Source: Squalus acanthias (taxonomy: Eukaryota). From it: DNA of 64,000 nt. The notes beneath the pieces were generated by a model. The model did not search any database. It was given only the letters and a program-made list of their open reading frames with translations, and was not told where the DNA came from. The position numbers were made by a program, and so were the translations under genes. How positions within the stretch are numbered: position 1 is the first letter of the stretch; each line of letters starts with the position of its first letter. Below are positions 25,432-38,429 of this stretch, in pieces. The DNA lies in assembly GCA_030390025.1 (NCBI GenBank), contig CM059431.1, positions 114,950,001-115,014,000 of the forward strand, read 5' to 3'.

Positions 25432-26899
25432 CTGAGAAGGAGAGATGGAAATGGAGGCTGTCATTTAGTTGTGAATTCTGGCCTTACCGTCTGGAAGAAA
25501 TGTCATCTAATTCATGTTTAGCTCAAGAATACTGCGATTACCCACTTGCACTTTCTAAATGACGCTGGCCAATAAATGTTTCACTTTATGGTATAATAGT
25601 GGCAGTAATATTTGGATCAGAAGTCATAAAACATCAGAAAAAGCAGTGAGGAAAACGTTTTGTTTGCGAGGCGCCACTTGTAAATTTGATGTCACCTAAT
25701 ACAATAATAGAAGGATTACATGTTGTAAACCCAGTTGATTAAAATACTTTTATTTTCCAAAAATGGATTAGCCTTATTTGATCTGCCTCATAGAATGTGT
25801 TGACATATTAAAGAAGCTAAAGTATAATGCATTAATGCAATACAAATAGATAGCTTTCTTTTATTATTTATGTGTAAATCATTGCATGCTTTTGCGACAA
25901 AGCAATATAAAATTGCAATGTATTGTTTACACAGTACACCCGAAGCTTTAGTTTTTTCCCCCCCACAGAACACAACACTTAATGGGGCCAAACTACTGAG
26001 CAATTCCAGTGCAAAATATTTATTGTTAGTCATCCTTCTTAGTAGAGGCACTCTGACCTACACTCAGTATATGTCACCAGCATACTTTATGGTACAAACT
26101 GATGTTACGGGATTTCTAAGGAGTTCACCAACTTCTGCGAATACAGTTTCCATTCTCATACTTGTGTGGGGAGCTGACATTTGAAAGTAGCCACTGCTGT
26201 GTGTGCCTTTCCAACTGGCCTCATGCTGTTTTGTTTCCCAACTGGGTCAGCGCAGTGGGAACTCGATACCTACTGTTAATCTTGCGCTGGCCATTACAGA
26301 AATTTTAGATCCACTTATGCGCGGTGATGAATCACTTCAATGTTTGGCAAATATTGAATAACATCATTTTGCTAAAATGGAAGTGTGACCTGCAGGCTGC
26401 AGCTGGTTGTACCTAAGTTTTACTCTCCGAGGCCCAGCTTGCCCATTCCTCCTCACTATCAAAGCACAGTTGGTTTCTGTCTGTCACAATCAAGGCAAAG
26501 ACATTTCCGAACTGGTAATTACTGAGTGGATCCAGTTCTGACGGCTGTTGCAGCTGCCAGTCTGTGGTGTGCTCCAGGCTCCTTGCTGAGAACAGTGAGT
26601 CTCCAGTATGCTAATTTATCTCACTTAACCTATAAGAACTGGATGTTTGTGCAGGCTCCCTACATGTGCCATGCAATAACAATTTTCCATGGCTATGTTA
26701 AAAATGTAAAGTCCACCCTGTGTGAGGGTTTGAGGTCCTTATTAGCTGAGTTTGTTAGTACATGGATTTGTACTTTATATGCACATTTTAGCATTTGTTT
26801 TCAAAGTGTAAGGATCCCTTTTTCTGTGCCTTTATGGATTGATAATTGTTCCTATAATATATTAAATAACTTATATCTGCATGCACTTCCTGCCTATAG

Positions 26900-27770
26900 A
26901 TAGGATTACATAGGATATGCGGCACAGAAACAGGCCATTCGGCCCAACCAGTCCATGCCGGTGTTTATGCTCCACTCGAGCCTCCTCCCATCTTTCCTCA
27001 TCTAAATCTATCGGCATAACCCTCTGTTCCCTTCTCCCTCATATGCTTGTCTAGCCTCCCCTTAAATGCATCTACACTATTCGCTTCAACCACTCCCTGT
27101 GGTAGCGAGTTCCACATTCTCACCACTTTTTGGGTAAAGAAGTTTCTTCTGAATTCCCTATTGGATTTCTTGGTGACTTTCTTATATTGATGGCCTTTAG
27201 TTGTGCTCTTCCCCACAAGTGGAAACACTCTCTCTGTATCCACTCTATCAAAACCTTTCATAATTTTAAAAGACCTCTATTAGGTCACCACTCAGCCTTT
27301 TTTCAAGAGAAAAGAGACCCAGCCTGTTCATCCTTTCCTGATAGGTGTACCCTCACATTTCTGGTATCATCCTTGTAAATCTTCTCTGCACCCTCTCCAG
27401 TGCCTCTACATTCTCTTTATAATATGGCGACCAGAACTGTATGCAGTACTCCAAGTGTGGTCTAACCAAGGTTCGATACAGGTTTAGCATAACTTCCCTA
27501 CTTTTCAATTCTATACCTCTAGAAATAAACCCTAGTGCTTGGTTTGCTTTTTTTTATGGCCTTCCTAACCTGTGTCACAACTTTTAGTGATTTATGTATT
27601 TGTATTCCGAGATCCCTTTGTTCCTCTACCTCACCGAGACTCGCACCCACCAAGTAATAAGTGACCTCCCTATTCTTCCTACCAAATGTAATACCTCACA
27701 TTTATCTGTGTTGAACTTAATTTGCCAATTATATGCCCATTCTGCAAGTTTATTAATAGCCTCCTGTATA
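26900..27770 (-). mobile_element. CR1 LINE 3' fragment
   Basis: KGFDRVD..FP, RNFFTQKVVRMWNSLP; CR1 tail at the left end. Confidence 0.9.
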
Positions 27771-27897
27771 AAATCTTACTTGCTGTTATCATGACAATTT
27801 TATTTGTCAAATTTTCCCATTATAAATTCTTATATGCAATTTATAATGAAAACTGTTCATGTAAACTTGTCACGCTGTCATTGCACCCTCTGCCAGA

Positions 27898-28330
27898 GGG
27901 CAACACGGTGGCATAGTGGTTAGCACTGGTGCCTCACAGCGCCAGAGACCCGGGTTCGAATCTGGCCTCGGGTGACTGTCTGTGTGGAGTTTGCACATTC
28001 TCCCCGTGTCTGCGTGGGTTTCCTCCGGGTGCTCCGGTTTCCTCCCACAGTCCAAAAATGTGCGGGTTAGGTTGATTTGGCTATGATAAATTGACCCTTA
28101 GTGTAAGGGGGGGATTAAATATGTGGGGTTACGGGGATAGGATGGGATATGTTAGGGGGAATTAAATACGTGGGGTTACGGGGGTAGGGTGGGATATGTG
28201 TACTGTGGGGATTAAAGCAGGGACAGGGTACTGGATTTGGATGATCAGCCATGATCGTATTGAATGGTGGAGCAGGCTCGACGGGCCGAATGGCCTACTC
28301 CTGCTCCTAGTTTCTATGTCTATGTCTATG
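27898..28330 (+). mobile_element. Full-length tRNA-derived HE1-like SINE with CR1 tail
   Basis: A box TGGCATAGTGG, B box GGTTCGAATC, V-SINE-type body (TGTGTGGAGTTTGCACATTCTCCCCGTG); 3' end matches the CR1 tail at 22080-22194. Confidence 0.92.
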
Positions 28331-28484
28331 CCAGGGAAGCCTCAGTTTTGGGTCTCCCAGTTCCTCCACTGTACTACAGAGAAACTCACATGCTCCATCC
28401 AATTCCAGTTCTCAATTTCCCAAATTACCATACGTTTTGCTACTTAATTATAAATAATCATATAAAATAAAAGTATATGAAAAT

Positions 28485-30792
28485 CTTTCTTCTCAGGCAG
28501 TCCCTCAGAACCGAGGATGACTTGCTTCCACATTAAAAATGAGTTTGCAGGTGACTGATGAGTCCAATGCGGGACCTACAGTCTCTGTCACAGGTGGGGC
28601 AGACGGTGGTTGAAGGGGCGGGTGGGTGGGGTGCTTGGGTTGACGTGCGCTCCTTGCGCTGCCTGCGCTTGGCTTCTGCTTGCTCCCGGCGAAGAGACGC
28701 GAGGTGTTTGGCGCCTTCCTGGATGCTTCTCCTCCACTTTGTGCGGTCTTGGGCCAGGGATTCCCAGGTGTCGGTGGGGATGTTACACTTTTTCAAGGAG
28801 GCTTTGAGGGTGTCCTTGAAGCGTTTCCTCTGCCCACCTGGGGCTCTCTTGCCGTGCCGGAGCTCCAAGTAGAGCGCTTGTTTTGGGAGTCTCGTATCGG
28901 GCATGCGGACAATGTGACCTGTCCATCGGAGCTGATCGAGCGTGGGCAAAGCTTCGATGCTGGGGATGTTGGCCTGAGCAAGAACACTGACATTGGTGCG
29001 CCTATCCTGCCAATGGATTTGCAGGATCTTGCGGAGGCAGCGTTGGTGGTACCTCTCCAGTGCTTTGAGGTGCCTGCTGTACATGGTCCATGTCTCTGAG
29101 GCATACAGCAGGGCGGGTATCACTGCTGCTCTGTAGACCATGAGCTTAGTGCCAGGTTTGAGGTTCTGGTCTTCAAACACTCTCTTCCTCAGGTGACCGA
29201 AGGCTGCACTGGCACACTGAAGGCAGTGTTGGACTTCGTCATCGACGTCTGCCCTTGTTGACAGTAGGCTTCCGAGGTATGGAAAGTGGTCCACGTTGTC
29301 CAAGGCCTTGTCATGGATTTTGATAATCGGGGGGCAGTACTGTGTGGTGGGGGCAGGTTGGTAGAGGTCCTTTGTCTTACAGATGTTTAGTGTAAGGCCC
29401 ATGCTCTCGTACGCTTCGGTGAAGGTGTTGCCGATGGTTTGGAGTTCGACCTCCGAGTGAGCGCAGACGCAAGCGTCGTCTGCATACTGTAATTCGACGA
29501 CAGAGGATGGGACGACCTTGGATCTGGACTGGAGGTGACGGAGGTTGAACAGTTTCCCGTTTATTCTGTAAATTAGCTCCACTCCGGTGGGGAGCTTACT
29601 GAGGGTGAGATGGAGCATTGCAGCAAGGAAGATCGAGAAGAGCGTTGGTGCGATGACACAGCCTTGCTTGACCCCGGTTCGTACGTGAATTGGGTCTGTG
29701 GTGGAACCGTTGGTCAGGATCACGGCTTGCATGTCGTCGTGAAGCAGGCGGAGGATGGTGACAAACTTTTGAGGGCAGCCGAATTTGAGGAGGACACTCC
29801 ATAATCCCTCACGGTTGACAGTGTCGAAGGCCTTTGTGAGATCAAAGAAGGCCATGTACAGTGGTAGTTGCTGTTCCCTGCATTTGTCTTGTAATTGACG
29901 TGCAGTGAAGATCATGTCCATTGTGCCCCTTAGTGGGCGGAATCCACATTGCGACTCTGGGAGGAGCTCTTCGGCCACTGGGAGAAGGCGATTGAGGAGG
30001 ATTCTTGCGATAACTTTCCCTGTGGCAGACAGCAGGGAAACTCCTCTGTAATTACCGCAATCGGACTTGTCACCTTTCTTGAAGATGGTCACAATTATGG
30101 TGTCTCTGAGATCCCCTGGCATGCTCGCCTCCTTCCAGATAAGAGAAATGAGTTAATGAATTCGCGCCAGTAGTGCTTCTCCGCCATGCTTTAGTGCCTC
30201 GGCGGGGATTCCATCTGCTCCTGAGGCCTTGTTGTTCTTCAGTTGTCGGATGGCCTTTTCAACCTCATGCCGGGCTGGGGTTGTGCTGAGATGGTGGCGG
30301 GTAGCATGCTGCGGGATGGAGTTGAGGACACTCGCGTCGAAGACAGAGTCGCGGTTAAGGAGATCTTCGAAGTGCTCCTTCCAGCAGGCACTGACTGCCT
30401 CTCTGTCCTTGATGAGTCCCTCTCCATTCTTGGCCCGCAGTGGGGTAGGGCCTTGGGTGCTTGGGTCGTAGATGGTCTTGACTGCGCTAAAGAATCCACG
30501 CACGTCGTGGTTGTCGGCTAGCTGCTGGATCTCCTGCGCTTTCTCCACCACCATCTGTTCTTTAGGTCGCGAGTTTTTTGTTGGACCTCGGCCTTCAGGC
30601 GTCTGTAGAGCTGCTTTCTTGCTCTCGAGTTCTGTTGCTGTTTCCAGATCAGGAATGCCTTGCGCTTGCGGCTTATTAGCTCCTGGATCTCCTGGTCATT
30701 CTCATCGAACCAGTCTTAGTGTTTCCTGGTCGAGTGACCGAGCGTCTCTTCACAGGTGCTGATTATGGAGGCCTTGAGTGCAGACCAGGCGC
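28485..30792 (-). mobile_element. RTE-clade (BovB-like) LINE, 5'-truncated
   Basis: 11-bp TSD TATATGAAAAT (28474-28484 / 30793-30803); ORF pieces 30153-30554 and 28533-30122. Confidence 0.93.
28533..30122 (-). CDS. RTE reverse transcriptase domain with C-terminal C2H2 finger (529-aa open segment)
   Basis: FKKGDKSDCGNYRGVSLL, ESQCGFR, FDLTKAFD, GVKQGCVIAP, LQYADD, CPTC..SHLQTH. Confidence 0.9.
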   Translation of the reverse strand: MPGDLRDTIIVTIFKKGDKSDCGNYRGVSLLSATGKVIARILLNRLLPVAEELLPESQCGFRPLRGTMDMIFTARQLQDKCREQQLPLYMAFFDLTKAFDTVNREGLWSVLLKFGCPQKFVTILRLLHDDMQAVILTNGSTTDPIHVRTGVKQGCVIAPTLFSIFLAAMLHLTLSKLPTGVELIYRINGKLFNLRHLQSRSKVVPSSVVELQYADDACVCAHSEVELQTIGNTFTEAYESMGLTLNICKTKDLYQPAPTTQYCPPIIKIHDKALDNVDHFPYLGSLLSTRADVDDEVQHCLQCASAAFGHLRKRVFEDQNLKPGTKLMVYRAAVIPALLYASETWTMYSRHLKALERYHQRCLRKILQIHWQDRRTNVSVLAQANIPSIEALPTLDQLRWTGHIVRMPDTRLPKQALYLELRHGKRAPGGQRKRFKDTLKASLKKCNIPTDTWESLAQDRTKWRRSIQEGAKHLASLRREQAEAKRRQRKERTSTQAPHPPAPSTTVCPTCDRDCRSRIGLISHLQTHF

Positions 30793-30906
30793 TATATGAA
30801 AATAAAGACAGAATGTATGACTTTAAAATGTGGAGTGGATTACATCTGTGAGCTCTGGTTAAATTATCTCTCACCCTCTAACCTTGCTTTGCCTGAAGGT
30901 TATATT

Positions 30907-31698
30907 GGCCCAGAAATGGGACTTCGATGGTTGCCGCGGGGGTAAGGATCCCCCGCGATATCGCACTCCGCGCCTGCCTTTATGGTTTTGGCCCACACGA
31001 ACTTCAGTTCCTGGGCCTCTCCCTGGTGCCGGCGCGCAGTGTGTGCGTGTCCTAGAGGCACAGTTAGTTCGATGTGACCTCTGGGATCACGTGGGCCAGT
31101 TAGAGCCAATGGCAGCACATCATCTTTCATTCATAGTTTTGACATGAGACCTGTCAAAACTATGAATACAACTTGCCCCCAAAAGAACAGCTAAACCTCA
31201 ATTAAATTTTAAAAAAAACCCATCACATTAATAAAATAACTATAGTTAAATAAATTAACCACTTTAAACAAAAATTTAAATTTTTGAAAAAATTTAAATT
31301 CTTTTTAAAAGTTATAAAAATAATTTAAATTTTTGAAAAAATTTAAATTCTTTTTAAAAGTTATAAAAATAAACTTACCTTTCTTTAAAGTCTCTAAAAA
31401 AGATAAACCTGTTGAAAAAAATTTAAAATAATACTTAATTAACTACTTACCTTGTTAAAAGGGGGTCTTACGCTTGCATTTTTCATGTGTAAAATACCCT
31501 TGCGTTGAAACCTGAAAAAAAAACTAAGTGTGCTGCGTGCGCACAGCCTGTAGTGCGCACACGGTTCACTTAGGAACCGCCCCCTTCGCAATATCGGAAG
31601 TGCTGGTTTCCCGCGCATGCAGGAAACCGGCACTTCGGGACCGAATACGGGTGAGTACACAGTGCGTACTCTCCTGTATTTGGCCGAATTTCTGGGCC
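30907..31698. mobile_element. Harbinger-type MITE with internal tandem duplication
   Basis: GGCCCAGAAAT / ATTTCTGGGCC TIRs and ATT TSD; ~49-bp AT-rich unit duplicated at ~31274-31372. Confidence 0.85.
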
Positions 31699-32369
31699 AT
31701 TATACTAAGAGTCTTCTACATGCATGTACTTCCTGTTGCCATGCTTACTTAATACCTGTGTCATGATTTTGTCATACCTATGTGACACTTTCTCTTGCCT
31801 GAATAGTGGGCTGGAGTGCAATACCTTGGTTAGTGTCTGGGTATGTTACTTTTCCAAGTTCAAAATGATAATGTACCTTGCAATGCAGGCCTCCCAACAG
31901 TGGGTGACACTATTTGCATCTCTCTTTTTTTTGTTTCCAAACCAGAGGCCCACTTCATGCTGATCTGCTACTCCTGGCTTTACTCTTTGTTCAGCTGTAC
32001 TGGCCATTTCAACTTTTGTCTCACCATCTGCCTTGGCTGTCCTGGCCTTCTCAACTCTACCCTCACTTCCTATTCTCCTGGCTTGACCCATCCACCATCC
32101 TGGGCACTTAATTTATTTTTGCTGTTCTGTTGTGACTGTCCCTGGGGGAACATAGATCTGCTGTGTGTCTCCAACATGGCAGCCTCCGGAGGCTTGCGTA
32201 GCAGTTATCTTCAACAATCCTCCTCCAGCAAATGTTCTTCAGATGTCTCACCTGGGTAATTAAACCTGCTGTGATCATACCTGTGTGTTTTGTAATAAAA
32301 ATAGAAAATGCTGGAAACACTCAGCAGGTGTTGAGAGAGAAACCTTTCAGGTCGATGCGTTTTGTATTG

Positions 32370-32690
32370 TGAGGCAGAGGGAGAAACAGAGGCAGGGAGA
32401 GTTGAGGACAAAAATTGAAAGGGAGAGATGGAGAGAAGAGATCAGGGGAGAGACAAAAGTGCAGAAGCGATCATGGCGAGAGATTGGTGAGAGAGGTTGG
32501 GAAGAGAATGATCTGAGCAAACAAAGAGAGATCAGGGAGAGAGAGCAAATTTGAAAATGGGGTAAGATTGTATGGAGAGATCAAGGGACAATGAAAGAGA
32601 TTGGGCAGAAAGAGAGAGAGAGATGGGGTAAGTGAGAGAGAGGAGAGAGAGATATAGAGAGACGGAATGGGAGAGATACGAAGATTGAGG
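32370..32690 (+). repeat. GA-rich low-complexity tract after a PLE pseudo-LTR remnant (~32290-32360)
   Basis: Purine-rich (GA)n-like sequence preceded by AAAATGCTGGAAACACTCAGCAGG. Confidence 0.6.
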
Positions 32691-33261
32691 GCAGAGGACT
32701 CACCATGAGCAATGCCAAAGGAAAATTGCCAGTCCATTTAAAAAGTACTGTATTCAGTTCTTTTATTTCAGTGTTAATTATCTAACTCTGAGAAAATAAC
32801 CTGCATTTTTGAGCCTCTAAATAACAACTATCATAGAATAATAACCACAGCCCTGAATTTTCTTGGGGCCTGGGGCGGATTGCTGGTGTGAAGGTGGGGT
32901 GTGGCGGGGGGGACGGTGAGAGGGGGGAAGAAGACAGACCGGGGACAGGAAATCAGGTGGGACTTGGAAACATCAGGTCTCTGCCCCAAAACACAAAGTA
33001 TGGGAATTCCCGCTGGTGGTTTGGGTGGGTGGAAATTGTGAGCACTCCATTGATTGCCGAGCTTCAAGAAGAAGGCAGGGCTGGTGGGATGCCAATACCC
33101 ATCGGAGTTCCCGATGCTTCTGCCTGAAGTGAACTGGATGGCAGGAAATTCCCATTGTCCAGGTCAAAGCAGCAACATAGTTGGGATTGGGATGTTCCAG
33201 GCCATCAACACACTACAGGCAGCCACAATGAAATCAGTCCTGTTGCAGCGGGAGCTGATTT

Positions 33262-33419
33262 AAATCTGAGATTGATAGCTTTTTGTTAACTAAAGGTATT
33301 AAGGGATATGGGCCAAAGGCGGGTATATGGAGTTAGGTTGCAGATCAGCCATGATCTCATTGAATGGCGGAACAGGCTCGAGGGGCTGAATGGCCTACTC
33401 CTGTTCCTACGTTCCTATG
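33262..33419 (+). mobile_element. CR1 3' tail fragment
   Basis: GATCAGCCATGATCTCATTGAATGGCGGAACAGGCTCGAGGGGCTGAATGGCCTACTCCTG. Confidence 0.85.
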
Positions 33420-33599
33420 CAGTGGGAGCTGATTTCCACCCCTTCAATTTTAAACTAGACTTGCCAGCCTTGCCCTCATGCAGCTTTTAAGCATCGCATT
33501 CTGCTACCCCCAACAGGTGCCCAAGATGCATCTATACTGGCATAGGTGCTCACGTATTTTATGTAAATTTCTTGACCTAAGAAATGCCGTAGGATCAGG

Positions 33600-33880
33600 C
33601 ACTCTTCCCACAGACAGTGGGTGGAGGATGGGAGGCCAATCAGGAGAGTATTGGAATTTTCGAGACTAAAGGTGACAAAGGCATGGGTGAGTGTTTCAGC
33701 TACAGATGAGCTGAGGCAGGGGCAGAAACGAGCAATGTTGCGGAGGCAGAAGAAGGCGATCTTTGTGATGGAGAGGATATGGGGTCAGAATCTTATCTCA
33801 GGGTCGAATGGGACTCCAAGGTTGCGAACAGTTTGGTTCAGCCTAAGACAGTATCCAGGGAGCGGATAGAATCAATGGCA
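33600..33880 (-). mobile_element. L2 fragment
   Basis: Reverse complement of the TVRNLGV..D motif also seen at 1-115. Confidence 0.7.
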
Positions 33881-35965
33881 AGACTATCAACCAAAGAAAC
33901 TTCTCAGTACAGATTATAATTGTTACTTTAATTTCTTATCTGCCTCAAGGAAAAATATGAATGTGATTATTTGAAACTGCTTCCAATTTATTTTTGTTTA
34001 TGTGCTATTAGTAATAATTGTGTACGTTTCCCAGTTAAACCCAGAAAATATTAAATGCTGTCCGCTAAAATATTTTCTGTGTGGTTTTTGCAATTTTGAA
34101 TTTCAAAAATCAGTACTTTCCTTCAGTGAAACTTACTAAGTGAACATATTGATTTAATTTCACTATAGTGTGTGCCACAGCTGTAATCCATTTAAATTTC
34201 CCACGCTCCCATCCATTCCAGTAACCCTCTACCTATGCTCCAGTGAAAAATGACATGAATTTAGTTGGGGATATAAGAAAGAATCCACCCAAAAGCTTGA
34301 ACCAGTTTTACAGAGGTGCAATCTTAAATAAATGTACTTGTTGAAAAAACGTTGAATAAAATGAAGCTGAGATCAAACACGCTGTTTGTTATGTTACTTA
34401 AATTTCACCAGAATATTAAATGGGAGTAATGTGTTCTGACAATACAAATTTTGACTTCATTCAATTGAAAGAACTCACTTGTGAAGCAAGACATGACACT
34501 GATCATGCATTGTCCTCCGCTTACCACACCTATGTCAGCTGGGAGCTGTAGAAGTATTTTCTGTTATTTTTGCATTACGCTGAGATCGTTCTGATGGTTT
34601 CGAATGATTATCAGAGGAAAAAAACCATGAATGCTGGAAACCTGAAAGAAAAATAGAAAGCTTGTGAGTTCTAATGAAGGTTGCCACTTGAAACTTTTAA
34701 CCTATCTTTCTCGTTCAGGTGCTAGCAGACTTGTGCATTTTCTGTTTATACCTGTGACGATTGTCTTCATTTTGACTTCTTAATAAAATCAGTGTTTACA
34801 GTCTGGGAAAGAAATATTGCGTGTGTGGAACAGAATATGCAAGGCCTTCCCTGTGAGATAAGTCTTTTTGGTTCCACCTATGTTATCCAGTCAGCCTCAC
34901 CTGTGCAAATAAAGCTGATATCTCATGACAAAGCACTGATTATCCTATTTATGATTTAGTTTGAGTTTGTGTGATACATCTGTGTCATTTGGAAAGGTAA
35001 ATATTTGTTTCTGTTTTATATGAGGGTGTTGTAGTTTTAAATATGAAATTAGTGGTATAAAAATTGCGCTGTATAAATTTCTTCTGGTGTGCTACATGAA
35101 ATGTCCCTTGGTGGCACAGGCTGTTGGTGCTTCAACAGACTGGACCATGACTGGGTGAAAAGAGTGCACGTTTGAGCCTGTGATTTCCACATAGCGTGTT
35201 CCTGATATCAGCCATATGCTCAGATGGAGATACAGAATAGAGGCCGGAGGAGGAAGGAAATCCAGAATCGTGCTAGAGTCATCTCCGAGCAATCAGCCCA
35301 ACAGCTTTATTGGTACAGGCTGCGGAATCCGCTTGCTTTCCACCATCTTGATTGGGGAACAATGTGCAGCCAGAAAACACGCCAAATCTTTTTGCTGCGA
35401 AATCAAGGTGAAGGGATGAGCTCCATTGTGTAGGACATCACTAAGACTGCAAGAGTAGCAGAGAAGACAAGGCAAATCAAGAAGTAGTTATGAGGTGATC
35501 TTAAGCTTGGGTTTTCAAACTTTATAGGTTGTAGGTTGAGGTGAAGCCTGATGCAGGTAAGGAGTTCCATAGTTTTGAACTCCTGGGGAAAAAATAATTT
35601 AGAGTAGGAATCAGTGTGGTGGGGCAGAACTTGGAACTCCTGCGCCTGTTTTACGGATGTAAAATGGGCGCAATAAAGACCAATTTCTGGGGTACATCCT
35701 AGAAAGTGGCCTCCACCAAAAAGGTAAGTAAAAAAAAATAAAAACTTAGGTTTAATGTGGAGCCACGAGGAGCAGGAGTGCTCCTCCCGGCTCCACTGCA
35801 CTCCTGAGGGCCTCTGCCATCCTGCGATCGCCTCCTTCCTGTTCTTCTCCCTCCCCCCAGCACTTACCCAAGGGCTGCTCCTGGTGAGGCAGGCGGCCCG
35901 AAATGGGATCCCTCAATGTGGGCAAGCTGCCTCTGGAGGCGTGGCAGGCGGCCGCAGCTCACCCG

Positions 35966-36841
35966 CAAGCTGTGAGGAGGACGCAAAGAGACTTCAAAGG
36001 GATATAATGATTGGGCAAGAAGGTGGCAGATGGAGTATAATGTGGGGAAGTGCGAAATTATCCACTTTGGTAGGAAGAACGGAAAAGCAGAATTTTTTTA
36101 AGAGGTGAGAGACCAGTAAATGTTAGTATTGAGTGTCGTTGTACACGAATCACAGAAAGTTAACATGCAGGTACTGCAAGCAATTAGGAAGGCAAATGGT
36201 ATGTTAGCCTTTATTGCAAGGGGATTGGAGTATAAGAGTAAGGAAGTCTTGCTGCAATTATATAGGGCTTTGATGAGACCACACCTGGAGTACTGTGCAC
36301 AGTTTTGGTCTCCTTACCTAAGGAAGGTTATATTTGGCTTGGAGGCGGTGCAACAAAGGTTCATTAGATTGATTCCTAGGATGAGAGGGTTGTCCTATGA
36401 GGAGAGATTGAGTAGAATGGGTCTCTGCCCTCTGGAGTTTAGAAGAATGAGAGGTGATCTCATTGAAATGTATAAAATTCTTAGAGGGCTTGACAGGGTA
36501 GACGCTGAGAGGCTGTTTCCCCTGGCTGGAGAGTCTAGAGCTAGGGGTCATAGTCTTAGGATAAGGGGTCGGCCATTTAACACTGAGATGAGGAAATTTC
36601 TTCACTCAGCAGGTTGTGAATCTTTGGAATTCTCTACCCCAGAGGGCTGTGGATACTGAGCCGTTGAGTGTATTCAAGACACAGATCGATAGATTTTTGG
36701 GTACTAAGGGAGTCCAGGGATATGGGGATAGGGCGGGGCAGTGAAGTTGATGTAAAAGTTCAGCCATGATCTTACTGAATGATGGAGCAGGCTCAAGGGG
36801 TCACATGGCCTGCTGCTGCTCCTATTACTCATGTTCTTATA
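35966..36841 (+). mobile_element. CR1 LINE 3' fragment
   Basis: RKANGMLAFIARGLEYKSKEV, RPHLEYCAQFWSP, LEFRRMRGDLIE; CR1 tail. Confidence 0.92.
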
Positions 36842-38429
36842 TTAAAATGAGGCCTGAGGATCAATTTCAGGTGGTCTCTTCTGGAGTGTGTAGGGTGTGT
36901 GCCACCCGGTTCACGCCTGAAAATGGGCGGGAACTAATTATCCCCTGGTGAATCCTGATTTCAACAAGGTGCAGACGAAGGGAGGAGGAAGAGTGTGAAG
37001 TATTGTGCAAAAGGTAAATTTTTGCTTCAGAGGAACAAAAAGGGAAGGTTCAGAAGGGCAATGGTCAGAGTAATAGCAACAAAATAGGGAAAGACAAGAA
37101 CGATTACAACAGAGTGAAAGTTCGGAGGTCAGAGTTGATCACCTATCAAATAACAAGCAAATGAAGCAACAAAAGCAAAGCACATCTGAAAAGGGCAAAA
37201 CTAGAGTGGGAGGGTATCAAATATCGTTCAACAAATCTTTGCTAAATTTTACTGAGTTAGTGTTGGTTGTAAGAAATAATATATTCACATGCATTAGAAA
37301 GTAATTTATTCACATTAATATTGATTAACTCTACAGCACAGGGACGGTATTGTACTGGCGAGGTTTATATAGCCTGTGGGAGAATGTTAACATTGCACAG
37401 TACTGGGCTCCAGTAATTTGTATGAAAAAAAGGAAAAACAGTGTAAAAGCTGAGAAACAGGCAGAACTAAAATTAACTATTCCTGAAACATCAGAATAGA
37501 ATACTGATAACAATCACTTCGATTCTAATATTTGTCTTGATATAATTTACTGACCTATATTGCCATAAATTAGAGTATTGTGTTTTATTAAAATCTGGAT
37601 GAAAATATGAATTGAATGACAGCTGTGTGCTACTTATCCTTTAGATCACACAGTGTTGCAGGAAACCAAAAATAACAATTAGCGTGTTGCAGTTTTCTTT
37701 AGATCTAAATGCCAGCTATCCCAGTGAGCAACCATTCTGCTCATTGTGCTTTCTTTGATTTAATATCCTTGGCGCAGCCGAATATTAAATTATAGAGGAG
37801 ACCGGCGTAATAGTTTCAAACTCCTCCATTCACATGAAAATTATTGCTTTTAAATTTGCTTGCAGGTCTCATCAAATGACACAATTATAGCTCTGAATGC
37901 TAGTTAATAGTTGCGTCTTTTTGAAGTGTCAAATATTTAAAATATTTCTTCTGACATCAAAACTAATTGCTGTAAAAAGTCGCACAATGTGTATACATTT
38001 TCAAATCTTTCCGGGCAGATGCTTCCATGTTTAAAGCGGCTCCACTCCATAATCAACTGTTTGTGGTTTTTAAAGTTCATAATTATACTTGCTTATGCAC
38101 CAACAACCACATTTCATTTGAACTCTCTTTTCAAGATATTTAGGGCTAAATTCTATTCTAAAGAGAGATTCGGTGATGCAGCGAACTAGGGACACTGCCC
38201 TTTCACCTCTACCTTTTGAATCTGATTGCATAAAACTCTTTTTTGTCCACTGGATGTAGGGGTCCGATGCAAAATAATTTTGGGCCGTCTCCATCCATTT
38301 CCTGGTAGCTGTGAATCCAGAGAAAACCCTATCCATACATTGAGAATCATAAAGGTAACAGCAAAACAAAGAAGCCACCTACTGGCTCCTGCTCTCTCGA
38401 CCCTATTCCCACAAAACCGCTGATGACTC

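Noticed and set aside
27898..27975. tRNA gene (also 46655-46732)
   Set aside because: A and B boxes run straight into SINE body and LINE tail; these are SINE heads.
31274..31372. CRISPR-like or satellite array
   Set aside because: Only two adjacent AT-rich units with no spacers, inside a MITE.
37649..37676. V(D)J recombination signal (CACAGTG + 12 bp + AAAAATAAC)
   Set aside because: Nonamer matches only 6 of 9 positions and no V, D or J segment is adjacent.
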